Counted from the first letter of the stretch, positions 24,778 through 38,365 are shown. The stretch: 64,000 nt of DNA from Azolla caroliniana (GCA_043228905.1 JBHGNT010000008.1:13702001-13766000); one strand, 5' to 3'. Numbers and translations: made by a program. The notes: generated by a model not told the origin, from the letters alone.

Positions 24778-27700
24778 TGTTGGGAGACAGGTCCCTCCGG
24801 ATGGGAAGGGAGAAGAATAGTGCTGATGAACAAACTCGGCTACGGAGAGCCGGATGGTGCAGACCCGGTAAGAACCGGATGAGGAGTACCCAACTATGGA
24901 GAGTCGGCTGGTGCAGACCCGGTGAGAACCGGATGAGGAGTACCCGGCTACGGAGAGCCGGATGGTGCAAACCCGGTGAGGAGTGCTCACCAAATGAAGA
25001 GACATATTCGTAAATATGTTTTCTGAGAGTCCATCATGGCTATATTTGTAAATAGCCGAAAAGTCATATTAGTATAAATATGACTTAGGGCAAACCTTTT
25101 AGACGTAGTTGTTATTTTCTTGTTGGTGCAAGAAGAGAGAGAGCGTGTAATTGTGTACAGAGAGAGAGAGAGAGAACGAGGTCGTTGCCTCTGTTGAAAC
25201 CACCGCCTGTGGCGAAGATCATGAGCACGAGGTCGTTGCCTCCGTGAACTCACTGTTGTACATTCTAACATAGTGATAGTTTGCAGCCTGTGGGCTGCCG
25301 TGGTTTTTTCCCTAGTTTGGGGTTTTCCACGTAAACATCCTGTGTACTCTTCTCTTCTTCATGTCGTGCATTTATTTCCCATTTTCTGTGTATTATTCTA
25401 AGCTCGGTTGTGGCCGAGTGTTGCGTATACGGAGCGTGCAGTTCCTGTCAAGTGGTATCAAAGCGAAACAACACAGAAAATGGACGAATCGTTGGGCGGC
25501 ATGTTCAAGCTCACCGGCTCCAACTATTTAGTGTGGAAGTCGAAGATGAGAGATATGCTCGTGGTTAAAGACCTTTGGCTGCCGGTTCAGTTTGGGGACA
25601 AGAGACCGGTCAAAATCGATGCCACGATATGGGAGGTGATGCACATGAAGACAACGGCGTACATATGGTGCTTCATCGACATGAGCCTATACAACAACTT
25701 CAATGAAGAGAGCAAGGCTCATGAGCTCTGGGAGAAGGTCGGCATAATGTTTCAAAACAAAAATGTTGTTAATCAGGTTTCGGTATTCCGGAAGCTTGTA
25801 AGACTCCGGTACTAAGATGGTTCCAGCATGGCGGAGCAAATGAATGCCTTCCAGGGGCTGATACACCAGGCAACATCATTGGAAGTACCTCTCGCCGACG
25901 AGGTACTAGCGCTACTCCTGCTCGGTTCCCTCCTGGATAGCTGGGAGACGTTGGTTGTCATTTTGGGCAACGCCGGGCCGGAAGGAAAGCGGTTATCCCT
26001 AGCAAGAGTAAAGTTGAGCTTGCTAGATGAGGAGGTGCGTCGGAAAGATAAAGATACGAGCTCCGACTCCAAAGCGCTCCTTACCGAATCGGAACGCGGA
26101 AGACATAGAAACCGTAGTCCCCAGAACCGGGAAAAGTTGCAGACACGGTCAAAGTCAAGGGGGAGGCCTACTTGCTTATTTTGTGGCAAACTGGGACACT
26201 TCCAAAAGAACTGTCGGCATTTCCAAAAAGACAAGGAAACCGACGGTACCGATTCGAAGTGGACCCCGGACCGGAACGGTAAAGACCGGAGGGGGCCGGA
26301 CCGGAAGGGAACGACAGCAATCACGGCAAGTGAAGAAGAGTTGATGCTCATCACCGAGGAGAGTGAGATAAACCTTGCCGGTGACGAGATGACCTGGGTG
26401 GTAGACTCCGGAGCGTCGTTCCACCTTACCCCGGACCGGAAATGCTTCTCAATCTACATAGCCGGTGATCACGGCTGTGTCCGTATGGGGAATGAAGGTA
26501 CATGCCGAATTGTCGGCATAGGAGACGTGTGGCTGACAACACCAACCGGATGCAAGTTGTTGCTGAAGGATGTCCGACACATTCCGGAGGTTCGTCTGAA
26601 CATGATATCAGTCGGTCGACTAGATGATTAAGGCTACACGGGTAGCATCCGGAACGGTGTCATGAAGTTCAACAAAGGGAGCCTGATTGTGGCTTGGGCC
26701 CGGAAGATCAACAGACTGTACCTAATGAATGCCTAGTTATGTCCGGAAGAAGTGAACGTGGCATCCGACACTGCTGGTGAGCTGTGGCACAAGAGGTTGT
26801 GTCATATGAGCGAGAAGGGGATGAAGAGGCTTGCAGATGACAACCTCATTCTAGTGAAGAACGTGCACATGGAGAAGTGCACTGATTGTTTGGCCGGTAA
26901 GCAAAACCAAACCTCCTTCAGACCAAGGCCACCGATGAGACGTAATGCACCACTGGAGTTGGTGCATACGGATGTGTGTCAAGTAGACACGAAGTCATAT
27001 GCCGGAGCGCAGTACTTCGTGACGTTCATAGATGACCACAGCTGGAAGCTATGGGCCACACCGTTGAAGACGAAGGATCAAGTGTTATCCGTCTTCAAAC
27101 AGCTCCACGTGAGAGTGGAAAGAGAAACTGGGCGGAAGCTGAAGGCGGTTCGAGCAGATAACGGAGGTGAATACCGGGGGCAATTTGAGGAGTATTGCCG
27201 CTCGAAGGGAATCTGGCTCGAATTTACCGTGCCGAAGACGCCGGAACTAAACGGACTGGCTGAGAGGATGAACTGGACCATAATGGAGAGGGTCCGAAGT
27301 ATGCTAGCGCATGCAAAACTACCCAAGAAGTTTTGGGCTGAGGCATTGTCGACGGTGACATATGTGATAAATAGATCACCCTCAGTACCGTTGGACGGAC
27401 ACACGCCACAGAGCGTGTGGACCGGTAAGGAAGTATCCTACCGGCAACTGAAGGTGTTCAGGTGTCTCGCGTACGTGCATGTAGCTAAGGACCGGAGAGG
27501 AAAGCTAGATCCAAAGACCTGGCCATGCATATTCCTCGGTTACGGTGACGATGAGTTCGGCTACCGAGTGTGGGATCTGGTCGACAAGAAGGTATTCCGG
27601 AGTCGAGATATTATCTTCATGGAGGACAAGACGCTCGCCGACTAGGAGTTGGAGAAGAAGATAATAAACTCCGAGTCGATCGGTAAGGATCGACTGTACG

Positions 27701-30256
27701 ATGAGTAGACCCAACCGACAAGAGACCGGTTAGCACTCGAGGGACCAGCCGGTTATGGTGAGGATACCGAACAGGCTGAAGAAGAAGTAGAGGAAGCTGA
27801 AACCGGAACCGGCCAAGACCCCGAATCGGATTCGGATGAAGAGCAAATGGAGGAGCCGGTTATCGAAGCCCAAAGACGGAGATATCCTCTCAGAGAGAGA
27901 AGGGCGCCCCGGAGATTTCCGGATGCAGAGCATGTTCTGCTGACCGATGAGGGGGAGCCGGAAAGCTTCGAAGAAGCGAAGGATAACACCCACAGCCGCA
28001 AATGGTTAAGTGCCATGTAGGATGAGATGGATTCCCTGCATGAGAACCATACGTACGAATTGGTGGAGTAGCTGAAAGGAAAGCGGGCACTCCGAAACAA
28101 GTGGGTGTACAAGTTGAAACCGAGAGATGCCGGCAACCCCCCAAGATACAAAACCAGGATCGTGGTGAAGGGGTTCCAACAAAAAAAGGGCGTGGACATT
28201 GACGAGATATTTGCCCCAGTAGTAAAGATGACCTCCATCCGGACGGTGCTGAGTATAGCGGCAAGCATGGACCTCAAGGTAGAGCAGCTAGACGTGAAGA
28301 CGACATTCCTTCACGGTGACCTCAAAGAGGAGATCTATATGCAGCAACCGCAAAGATTCGTGGAGAAAGAGAAGGAGCACCTGGTATGCCGGCTGAAGAA
28401 GAGCATGTACAGACTAAAGCAGGCTCCCCGACAATGGTACCGGAAATTTGATTCCTTCATGACCGATCAAGGGTACCACAAGACGCAGGCCGATTACTGC
28501 GTGTTTGTAAAGAAGTTCGAAGGAGGCGACTTCTTGATACTCCTTCTGTACGTGGACGACATGTTGATCGTCGGACGGGACCAAGTCGAAATACGGATGC
28601 TGAAGAGGGCCCTCAACCGGACCTTCTCAATGAAAGACTTGGGTTCGGCAAGACAGATGCTAGGGGTGCATATTATTCGGAACCGGTCAATGAAGCAATT
28701 ATGGCTGTCACAGGAGAAATACGTGACAAAGGTGCTTCAGCGGTTCAACATGTCAGATGCGAAACCGGTCGGATCGACACTTCCGGCAAACTGCAGGCTA
28801 TCCTGTAAGCAAAGCCCGAAGACGAAAGCAGAGAAGGCGGATATGATGAAGATTCCATATGCCTCTTCCGTCGGGAGCTTGATGTACGCAATGGTGTGTA
28901 CCCGACCGGATATAGGATACGCAGTCGAAGTGGTGAGCCGGTTTATGAGCAATCCTGGCAAGGAGCACTGGAACGCGGTCAAATGGATACTCCGGTATTT
29001 GAAGGGCGCTTCAAATATGTGTCTCCGATTCGGCTCCGGAAAACCTCCACTTGACGGTTTCACCGATTCGAACATGTTGGCTGATGTGGATACCAGCCGG
29101 TCTACATCCGGGTATTTAATGACATATGCAGGGGGAGTTGTTTTGTGGCAGTCGAGGCTGCAGAAGACGGTTGCATTGTCAACCACGGAAGCGGAGTACA
29201 TGGTGGCTGTGGAAGCCGGCAAGGAAATATTATGGATGAAGGACTTCATCGGAGAGCTCGGTATCCGGCAAGATGAATACTGACTCTATTGCGACAGTCA
29301 AAGTGTCATCCATCTTGCTAAGAATGCGGCCTACCATTCCCGGACGAAGCATATCTAGCGAAGATATCACTGGATCCGGGAAAGAGTAGATGACCAGGAG
29401 TTCGCACTGACGAAGATCCACACGGCCGAGAACGGGTCAGATATTGTGACCAAAATGCTGATACCCAACAAGCTCGATGCATGCCGGAAGAGGATCGGAC
29501 TAGTAAGACACACCATGCCGGAGTGAAGGGGGAGTTTGTTGGGAGACAGGTCCCTCCGGATGGGAAGGGAGAAGAACAGTGTTGATGAACAAACTCAGCC
29601 GAGGCCGATAGGACGAGGCCGAAACCGTATGACAAGTACCCGGCTACGGAGAGCCGGATGGTGGAGACCCGGTGAGAACCGGATGAGGAGTACCCATCTA
29701 CGGAGAGCCGGATGGTGGAGACCCGGTGAGAACCGGATGAGGAGTACCCGGCTACGGAGAGCCGGATGGTGCAAACCCGGTGAGGAGTGCTCACCGGATG
29801 AAGTGACATATTCGTAAATATGTTTTCTGAGAGTCCATCATGGCTATATTTGTAAATAGCCGAAAAGTCATATTAGTATAAATATGACTTAGGGCAAACC
29901 TTTTAGACGTAGTTGTTATTTTCTTGTTGGTGCAAGAAGAGAGAGAGCGTGTAACTGTGTACAGAGAGAGAGAGAGAGAGAACGAGGTTGTTGCCTCTGT
30001 TGAAACCGCCGCCTGTGGCGAAGATTGTGAGCACGAGGTCGTTGCCTCTGTGAACTCACTGTTGTACATTCTAACATAGTGATAGTTTGCAGCCTGTGGG
30101 CTGTTGTGGTTTTTTCCCTAGTTTGGGGTTTTCCACGTAAACATCCTGTATACTCTTCTCTTCTTCGTGTCGTGCATTTATTTCCCGTTTTCTGTGTATG
30201 ATTCTAAGCTCGGTTGTGGCCGAGTGTTGCGTATACGGAGCGTGCAGTTCCCGTCA
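24778..30256 (+). mobile_element. Full-length degenerate Ty1/Copia (Copia-B), TSD CCTAA, inserted in the Gypsy-2 integrase C-terminus
   Basis: TSD at 24773-24777 and 30257-30261. LTRs 24778-25450 and 29537-30256 with a 54-bp U3 tandem repeat. PBS TGGTATCAAAGCG at 25453. PPT GAAGGGGGAG at 29525-29534. Gag-pol 25480-29526 has several premature stops. Confidence 0.96.
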
Positions 30257-30261
30257 CCTAA

Positions 30262-33200
30262 CTGGTAGGACTCATTATACTCACGTGTCAGCCAATACGG
30301 GCCGGTCCATCTAAACCGTAGTTTACCAGGCATCTTGCCCATCCGGGTCTGAAATACTAACACCGGCTTGCCAATTGCGAACATTTTTTCATTTCCTTTC
30401 CTGTGCCGGTCGAAAAATGCTTTCCGTCGCCGTTGTTCCAATTCTAAGTGCAGGATGCTTGCCAATCGTTGTTCCTCGAGTTCACACAGCGCTATTAACC
30501 GTATTGGCTCCGACTCCTTCTCGTTCAGCCATTCCCATAGTTGGATCCGTAAGCTGGGTACTTGGAATTCCACCAGCATTACCGCTTCTAGTCCGAACGC
30601 TAACCGGAACGGTGTTGTTCGAATGCTCGTTTTATATGTTGTCCGGTATGGCCAAAGCGCGCTATGTAGCTTGGTATCCCAATCCGTTCGGTTTTCGTTG
30701 ACGATCTTCCGGAGGATATTCTGGAGCGTTTTGTTCGTCGATTCAGCTAACCCGTTTGCTTGCGGATAGTATGGTGTCCTCCGTTTATGGACAACGGCAT
30801 AGAATGTCGTCAGGCTTTCAACTACTTGGCCGAGAAAGTGCCCCCCTTGGTCGCTTATTAATTCGATTGGGCATCCGTAACGGTACCAGATGTATTCGTA
30901 TAGAAATTTTGCCGTTGACGCATCGGTGTTGTCTCTTAAGGCTTTGGCCTCCACCCATTTCGTGCAGTAATCCGTCGCGACGATGACGTACCGATTACCT
31001 GTTCTCATTGCCGGTGGTGTGAACGGTCCAACAAAGTCCAGCCCCCACTTCTGGAATGGTTTGAGTGGTAGTACAGGCTGGTGTGGCATCCGAGCCTGCT
31101 CCGTTGGCTGGCTCATTCGCTGGCATAGGTCACATTCTTTTGCGTATCGTACAACATCTCTTAATGTAGTTGGCCACCATAGGCCACTTTGCCATATTTT
31201 CCTGGCCGTCGCATCTCCACCATAGTGACCTCCGACAACTTCGCAGTGGGCTTCCCTCAGTATGAGGTCCTTTTCATCGCTGCGCACAGCCCGTCTCCGT
31301 AGTGACTCGAAACAGCTCCGCATCTGGAAACTCGTCCGCTACTCCGTCGCTCGTCTCTCCGGACTCTAATCGGCTTAAATAATCCGCTACGGCATGCTGT
31401 ATACCGGGTCGGTGGAATATTTCGAACTCGAATTCCTGTAACAGTAAGGTCCACCGGGCCAACTTACCGGTGAGTGACGCCTTGGACACCAAGTAGAGGA
31501 GCGCCGAATGATCTACATGGAAGGAAAACTTCCTTCCCAATATATAATGCCGAAACTATGTCACACTGTAGATCATCCCTAGAGCTTTCCGTTCCGTGGT
31601 AAAGTAGTTCCGTTCCGCTTGGGATAGCTTTCGGCTGGCATAGTACACTGGCCGGTACCACTTTGGCTCCGTAAGCTGCATCAGTACGCTTTCGATTGCG
31701 ATGTCGGAGGCGTCCACGAACACATGAAATTCTTTACTCCAATCCGGAGGCTGCACTACCGGTGCTTGCGACAATAGTACCTTGAGGGCCCTATATGCCC
31801 TATCCTCGGTGTCGGTCCACTGGAATGGTATCCGATGTACGGCGGCATGCAACGGTGTAGCTAGGTCGGCCAAGTATCGAAGCATCCGGCTGTGCCACCG
31901 GATCTGGCCTAAGAACCGGCTCAATGCCTTTGTCGTTGTCGGTGTCGGTGCTTCTAATATGGCTTTCACTTTGTCTGGGTCGACTGCAATGCCTTCTTGG
32001 CTCACAATATGTCCTAGTAAGGTTCCACTGGACACGCCAAATACACACTTTGTCGGATTTAAGCTTAGCCGGTACGCTCTACACTTTTCTAGACAAAGAC
32101 GGAGGTGCTGAAAATGGTCCTCCTCCCGGCTATAGACGGGGCGAAATCGTCAAGGAAAACCTGCATAAAAGCCGAGATATATTCACCAAAGATTTCCATG
32201 ATGATTCATTGAAATGTTGCCGGTGCGGTTTTGAGTCCGATCATCATCACCACGGCCACAAACACCCCCCATTCGGTGACGAAAGCCATTTTCTCTTGGT
32301 CGTCGGGGTGCATCCGGATCTGATTATACCCGCTAAATCCGTCTAGAAAGCTATATACCTCATGGCCGGCGACGGCATCCAACACTCCATCTGTGAACGG
32401 AAGTGGAAACGCATCCGTTACCGTTGCCGCATTGAATTTCTGGTAGTCCACACAAACTCGAATTTTTCCGTTCTTCTTCAGTACGACTACGATCGGGCTC
32501 AGCCATGTCGCTTTCTTTACCGGACGGATAAAGCCAACTCTTAGCAGTTTGTCGATTTCCTCCTTGACTTTGGCGGCATAATTGGGATTCATCCGGTACC
32601 GTCTTTGTGCCACTGGTTTTGCGTCCTTGCTCAAGTGAATCTGATGCTGGTATAATTGAGGGTCAAGCCCTCGCATGTCTTCGTATGACCAGGCGAACAC
32701 GTCGCGAAATTCTGTGAGAAGTGTGATCATCGCCGTTTTGTCTTCGGACTTCATCTCCTTGGCGATGTGCACCGGTTTTGCTTCGTCCATGGTCCCTAGG
32801 TTCACCTCATCAAGTTGCGACGCTTTTACGCGTTGTGAAACGGCCATTTCCCGTTCCAACGCTTCCTGCGCTTGCCGTAACTCTCGGATTGCAACTTTAT
32901 CTGGTTCTGCTTCAGTCTCTTCCGGCTGCGGTAAGTATGGTGCTACTGCTTCGGCAATGTCAATTTCGAAGAGGGGTACGATCTTCGGGTTTTCCTGCAA
33001 GTACTGAGCTTCTTCTTCGTCAGCTAACCCTTCTAGCATGTTGACGCACTCTACATACAACGGTGTACATTCCTTGCCAGTGCTCGTCCTTGGCTGTGTT
33101 GGTACCCGTACCTTGGCTTTTCCTCGCCGGAAGGTAATTATATTTTTCCTCCAATTTTGTTTGATATGTGCCGTTTTCAACCACAGCCGCCCCAGCAATA

Positions 33201-35650
33201 GCGGGTACGCGCCTTGTGCCTATAATTGTAGCAGTACTGCCGAGATGTGAAATGTATGACCGCCAACGGTGACTTCTAATTTCCATATTAATCATGTCAG
33301 CCGCACCGAGCTTGTATCGGCCATCCATAACCAGAATGGACACGGCTCCCACTCGTGGATTCCGAGGGCATCACACGTCCGGAGGCTTATTACATTCACA
33401 CCGGAGCCTCCGTCTATTACTGTGCCGGGGAATTCTTTCCCTTTTACAATGGCAGTAATTACCGGACTGTTGGTGTCCACCACCGTTAGTCCCTCCTCCG
33501 GATTCGAGAAGAGTACCGGTGCCGGTGATGATTCTCCTTCCGTCATGGTTGTCTTCAGTCCTTCCATGAATCTCGGCACGAGCTGTAGGAGTCTTCCTAG
33601 TGGCAGCGTAATCTGGCATTCCTGCAACACCTGCCATGTCTCATTCTCGGAGTGCCGCTACGGTGTTCTCCTTTTGCCGCTCTAAGTCTGTTACGTTTTG
33701 CTTGTTTGCTTTCTTCACCCATTCCGTCGCTTGCTTCCGGATGGTGTCCTGCGTCTCCCATTCCTTGGCCATGCCCTTCGATCTTGTGGTCACCTGCTGC
33801 AGATCGGCCACTTCAGGGACTACCATATTTACTGACGGTCGTTTGTCATAGCTCTTCGCCGGGCATTGATTACTATAATGGCCTTCTTGTCGGCAGTAGT
33901 AGCAGTAGGCTTTCCGGGTATTGTTGGATTCGGCATTGTCTGTTGTACCAGAGGCAGGTCCCATGGTAAGCGCGGGGTTTTGGGCCGGTTGGCTGCTTGA
34001 AGCTCCTTGTTCCGGATCCCGTGGGTAGCCGCCTTTTTTGAAATGCCGTTTTTTGTTATAGTTCTTCTTATTGCGGTACTCTTGACGAGGTTGGTCGTTA
34101 TATCTGTCGTATTCCTCCCGTTGCTGACGATACCCGGGGGAGTGCTACCGGTCGTAATGTTCGTATCGTCGATTGTAATCCCGGTACCGATCATATCTAT
34201 CATACCGGTCGCAGTTATCCTACCGATCACCGTACCAGACATCATTCTCCCGTCGATCGCCATACCGGACATCCTGTGCCGGTCGGTCGCGGTCCATTCA
34301 CCGCCAACGTTCCTCTTCTTCATCCTGGCTGCTGCGAGGCTCTATTTGTCGGATGGGCGGTGCTTGCCGGTTCAATAGATTATACTCGCACCTATCCGTC
34401 GTATGGTCCTTGGATTGACAGATTACACATTGCGTCCTCATAGTGCATTCTAGTGCCGAGTGTCCGGAATTCAAGCAGGTTGTGCACTGTATTGCTTGCC
34501 GAAACCGGAGGTCTTCATCGGATGGTAACGCCCGTTGGAGTGCTCCCAATGTGAGCCAGGAGCTTGTCTTTTCCATCTCTCTCACCCGGTCAATGACCTG
34601 GTTGATGGTACTTGCGCGGAAGTCAATTACCGTGCAAACCGTGCGTAGGGGTTCCCGGAGCGCATTTAGGAATATAGTCCGTAATTCCTCCTCCGGAGGT
34701 GCGCAGGCAAGCTGACTATGCATCCGTTGAAACCGGATGACAAAATGGGGAATGCTCTCCCCTGCCTCATGTCGGATGGTATAAAATAAGCCCACCATTA
34801 CTGTCTGGTCCACCTCCTTTTGGAAAAAATGCAAGAATTTAGCTTTTAAATCTGCGAAGGTGGTGATGGTAGACGGGTCCTGCGTCCGGCGCCATCTTGC
34901 TACCAGTCCCTCCAATGTGACGCCAAATTCCGCTATCTTAGAGCGTTCCTCTTCCTCCGGGGTCAATCGCTGGGACACATGGTTTGCTTCCCATGTCTGT
35001 TCAAAGGCGTGAACATGAGCTTCCGCATCCGGATCATCTCTATACTTGGAGTACTGGAACGGCATGTCATCGTCCGGTATCGGTGCGCGGGCTGGCGGTG
35101 TTGGTGGTCGTTCCTGGTTTTTCTCCGGCGTCGGTGGTCTTCCTTGATTTGTTTCCGGCATCGGTGGTCTTTCCTCTTCTTTTGGTGACGGAGGCCTCTC
35201 CTCCTCGACTTCCGGTGTTGGAGGTCGCTCTTCCTCTATTGGTTCCGGAGGTTCCAACCTTAGCACTTTCGGTTCCGGTGTCGGTAAGGTGTCTGATCCT
35301 TCGTCCTCCGATCTGCCCGGGGTTTCATTGCTGCTACGGTAGTTCGTGTGCACGTTGTATTCCCCTTCGGAATCAGATTCATACGTTGAAAAGGCTTCTG
35401 CTTCGCCTTCTCCGCTTGCCAACGCCTGGAGAAGGGATTCGGTTTCCCGGAGGCTGCTACCGTCGTCCGGGTGCGATGTTTGTTGTAACCAGAGGGCCTC
35501 CTCCGCTACTCTCCGGATTACGTTGGAAAACGAGCGATCCGCTCTAATTTCCTGCGCCGCTTGCTGGAAAGCCTCACGTCTCCTTTGCCTTTCGGCAAGG
35601 CGTCGAGTTCGATCTGTAACCAGGTCGTGCGTTGATCTAGTCATCCATTC
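30262..35650 (-). pseudogene. Gypsy-2 gag-pol, with stops, frameshifts and deletions
   Basis: ORFs 34298-35731 (gag), 33641-33964 (CYYCRQEGHYSNQC), 33292-33630 (PR), 32206-33198 (RT), 31274-32035 (RNase H), 30178-31323 (INT). Confidence 0.9.
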
Positions 35651-35697
35651 ATGCCGTCGTTCGTTGCAATAACAAGAATCATGGTCGCCAAAAACTG

Positions 35698-36132
35698 TGT
35701 TAACTCTTAGGACCGGACAATGGCCTAACACAGGGTGTCTACGGAAGACACTTCACCAAAGGGGTGTTACGGCAAGAGGATTAGGCTCAACGATTAATCC
35801 GACTTAATTAGGTTACTTAGCAAGATCGTCCTTAATAATCACACGCGTAAGATATGGCAATGAATGCAGAACGGTAATTAACACACAGAGATAAAAAACA
35901 CTAAGCTTCATTAATTATCCGCTGCTCATTACATTGTATCCGGGCCTTTAAATAGGTTTCCGGTCTGTAGTACAAAACGGTGCCATCCGCACCTGTTCGG
36001 GATCGGTCCGGATCCGGAACGGCATACCGATTCCGGTCCGTCCGTCCACACTAATAGCTTACTTACAACCATTCCTAATAATTAAATAACTCCTCCGTTT
36101 CACACTCTGGACTCCTTTGCCATCCGGTAACA
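35698..36132 (-). repeat. 5' LTR of Gypsy-2
   Basis: TGTTAACTCTTAGG...CCGGTAACA, matching 22049-22470. Related to the LTRs at 53346-53779 and 55973-56406. Confidence 0.93.
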
Positions 36133-38365
36133 TCTCTGACTGCCTGAACGCCGATTTTTCTCCAGAGAAGGTGAGTCATGCGTTTTCGAGCCTCTGCAGC
36201 ACCTTCTCGCAGTCGTTGACGTGGTTCACGGCGAACCTCCGACATCTGTCTGGCCCGACAGTCTCGTCCGCGTCATCCACCGGACACCACTTTATCGGGA
36301 TGTCGTCCAAGAATGGCATGGTGATGTCCGGGATGCAGTCCCTTAGCACCTTGTTCATTGCGTTCACCATATGCGCCACCGAATTTGTTCCGCCTTGTGG
36401 TAGGGTACACATCCGTACTAGGCCGAGAGGAGTTCACATCGTCGCGATATCCCTGCTCTCCACGGCTAGCTGGAACTGGTCGTACCTCGAGTATAAGTCA
36501 CCGACCGAATAGATCGACCTTCCAGCAAAGGCCTCCGTGAACTCGTCTATGGTCGGTCCGATTCCAGCATTACGGATGGTCACCTTGTTAACCAGTTGCA
36601 GGTCCTGAATGAAGCGCAGCGTGCTGTTCTTCTTCACACCGTAAACCACCGATTCGAATACAGGGCACTTGACGGTTCGAGGATGCCCATCTCCACCTTT
36701 TGCTTCAAAAGCTTCATCAACTTCGAGATGTGAGCTCTCGGCACCGGAATCGGTTTAATATTCCACGGTACATGTGGTACCGTGAAGATCACCATCGGTT
36801 CGACGATCGTCGGGTCTACGCACCCGATCTCCTCTAGTGAGAACACGAAGGCTTTCCCATTCCTTCCAAGCATTCTCCCAAACCTGTTCTCCTTCACCGG
36901 CAGTAGAAAGCCACCCCCACCGACCTTGAGCTCCCGTAGCGTTATGTCGGTGAACCGGTGCCCTATGCCAGCCGGATTCCGTAAACTTGGGTCCGATGCG
37001 ACCCCCTTTATCCGCTCCTCGCTGCCCTCCGGCAAGGGTGCCGCGACCAGCCTTACCTTCCAGTCCACAGTCTTGTACTTTGTACTCACGCGGGCCGTCC
37101 GATCGAACCTAGCGGAACGGTCCGGTCTTCTCTAAGGTCTTCACCGATCACCTTTCGCAACTCGCCCAAGGTGTCGTCAAAAGAGACCGCCTCCATGGCA
37201 CCGTTGATCTCTTCGTCAGGGGAGAGGACTCTGCATCCCCTGAGCCGCTCCTCCACTCGCTTCCTTTCCCGGCCGCTGACGCCGGCCATAGTACAACCTC
37301 TGTTGTCGGAGAACCAAAATTTCCTACCTATGGTACAGGTCTTCTTCCGTACTGTACATTTGTGGGGTTTTTCCGGGGTGTCCGGACTATCGCGGCCCAC
37401 ACCTTGATAGCCCTCTCTTAAAATCCCCTCGGGTTTTGCCACCGAGGGTCTCGCGGTTACGCTCATGGTTTGGTCGCACCGTCAGGAACTGGACCGAGTG
37501 ACGCCCGTCCTGGCTCTTGACTCTTGCATAGGCCGAACCGTTGTCCAACACCTTGGTCTCCATCCGTGCTGCCGTGATGTATGGTTCTCCTAGTATAACC
37601 GGATGTGAGGACGTCTCCTGCACGAAGAAGTGTTGGTCGATCTCAACATCGCCAATTTTCACCCGTACATTCAGGCAGGCTCCATGTAGTTCTTCCATAG
37701 CGCGCGGTCTGCTTCTTCTTTCCTTAGCCATGCGCCGACGAGGCCTTCCAGCATCAGCGGCCAGAATCTAGCTTCGTTCATCTTCCGGGCCTCACCACCT
37801 CCGACCTGGATCCCAGCCGACGCTGAGTAGTGGACGGTCTTCGCGTGGCGAGCCGCTGCCTCTTCCATCAGCCGTTTCATACCCCCTCGTCCGACATTCA
37901 GGTCCAGGGGCCCTTCGGGTCTCGCTAGCGTGCACCCGACCATTCCATAGGTACACCACGTTGGCTCTCATTGCCTCGGCGAAGTCCCCGCAGTCCTTCC
38001 AGACATGGCCGACCGCGTCGCACCACAAACACTGGTTTCCAACCAGAGGCCTTCGGTCACGGGCCTGTTCGCCGCTGTCCCTCCGTGCCTGCGCAATCTA
38101 GAGGTCCTTTACCATCCTAGTCAGCTCCTCTAGAGCTGCTCCTCCGGACGAACCTTTGACCATGCCGATCGAAGTCGATCCAGTCTCGAGCCAGTCTTGG
38201 GTCTCTTCCCTTTGCACTGGCGGGGTCGGCTCGAGTTTCCTTGCTGCTATAGAGCCCGCCCCTGTTGATCCTTTATCGACCCACTCTCGCCGTTTGTCGA
38301 AACGGCCACAGACCCTCTTCACCACGGCCCAGTCTGTGCTCACTCCAAAGCGGCTCACCATCATC

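Larger units (their letters stand above)
16947..36132 (-). mobile_element. Athila/OTA-like non-chromoviral Gypsy (Gypsy-2) with gag, pol and an extra 3' ORF; carries two nested Copia insertions
   Basis: 5' LTR 35698-36132. 3' LTR 16947-16958 plus 22049-22470. PBS TGGCGACCA after the 5' LTR. Gag 33641-35650 with CCHC knuckles, PR VIDGGSG, RT YSFLDGFSGYNQI, RNase H FVDASDIAI, INT WGLDFVGP. TSD is imperfect (TCTTC/TCTCT), but host RT resumes exactly. Confidence 0.9.
14103..38365 (-). mobile_element. Ty3/Gypsy element (Gypsy-1), 5'-truncated in gag; own sequence at 14103-16946 and 36133-38365, interrupted in RT by Gypsy-2
   Basis: 3' LTR TGTCGAG...CTCGACA at 14103-14810, PPT GGTGGGGGCGGA next to it, INT 14886-15973, RNase H (TVDTSPTGIG) 15974-16939, RT (LPQGGTNSV, FLDDIPIK) 36133-37089, PR C-half, zinc knuckle CLWCDAVGHVWKDC. 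Confidence 0.88.
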
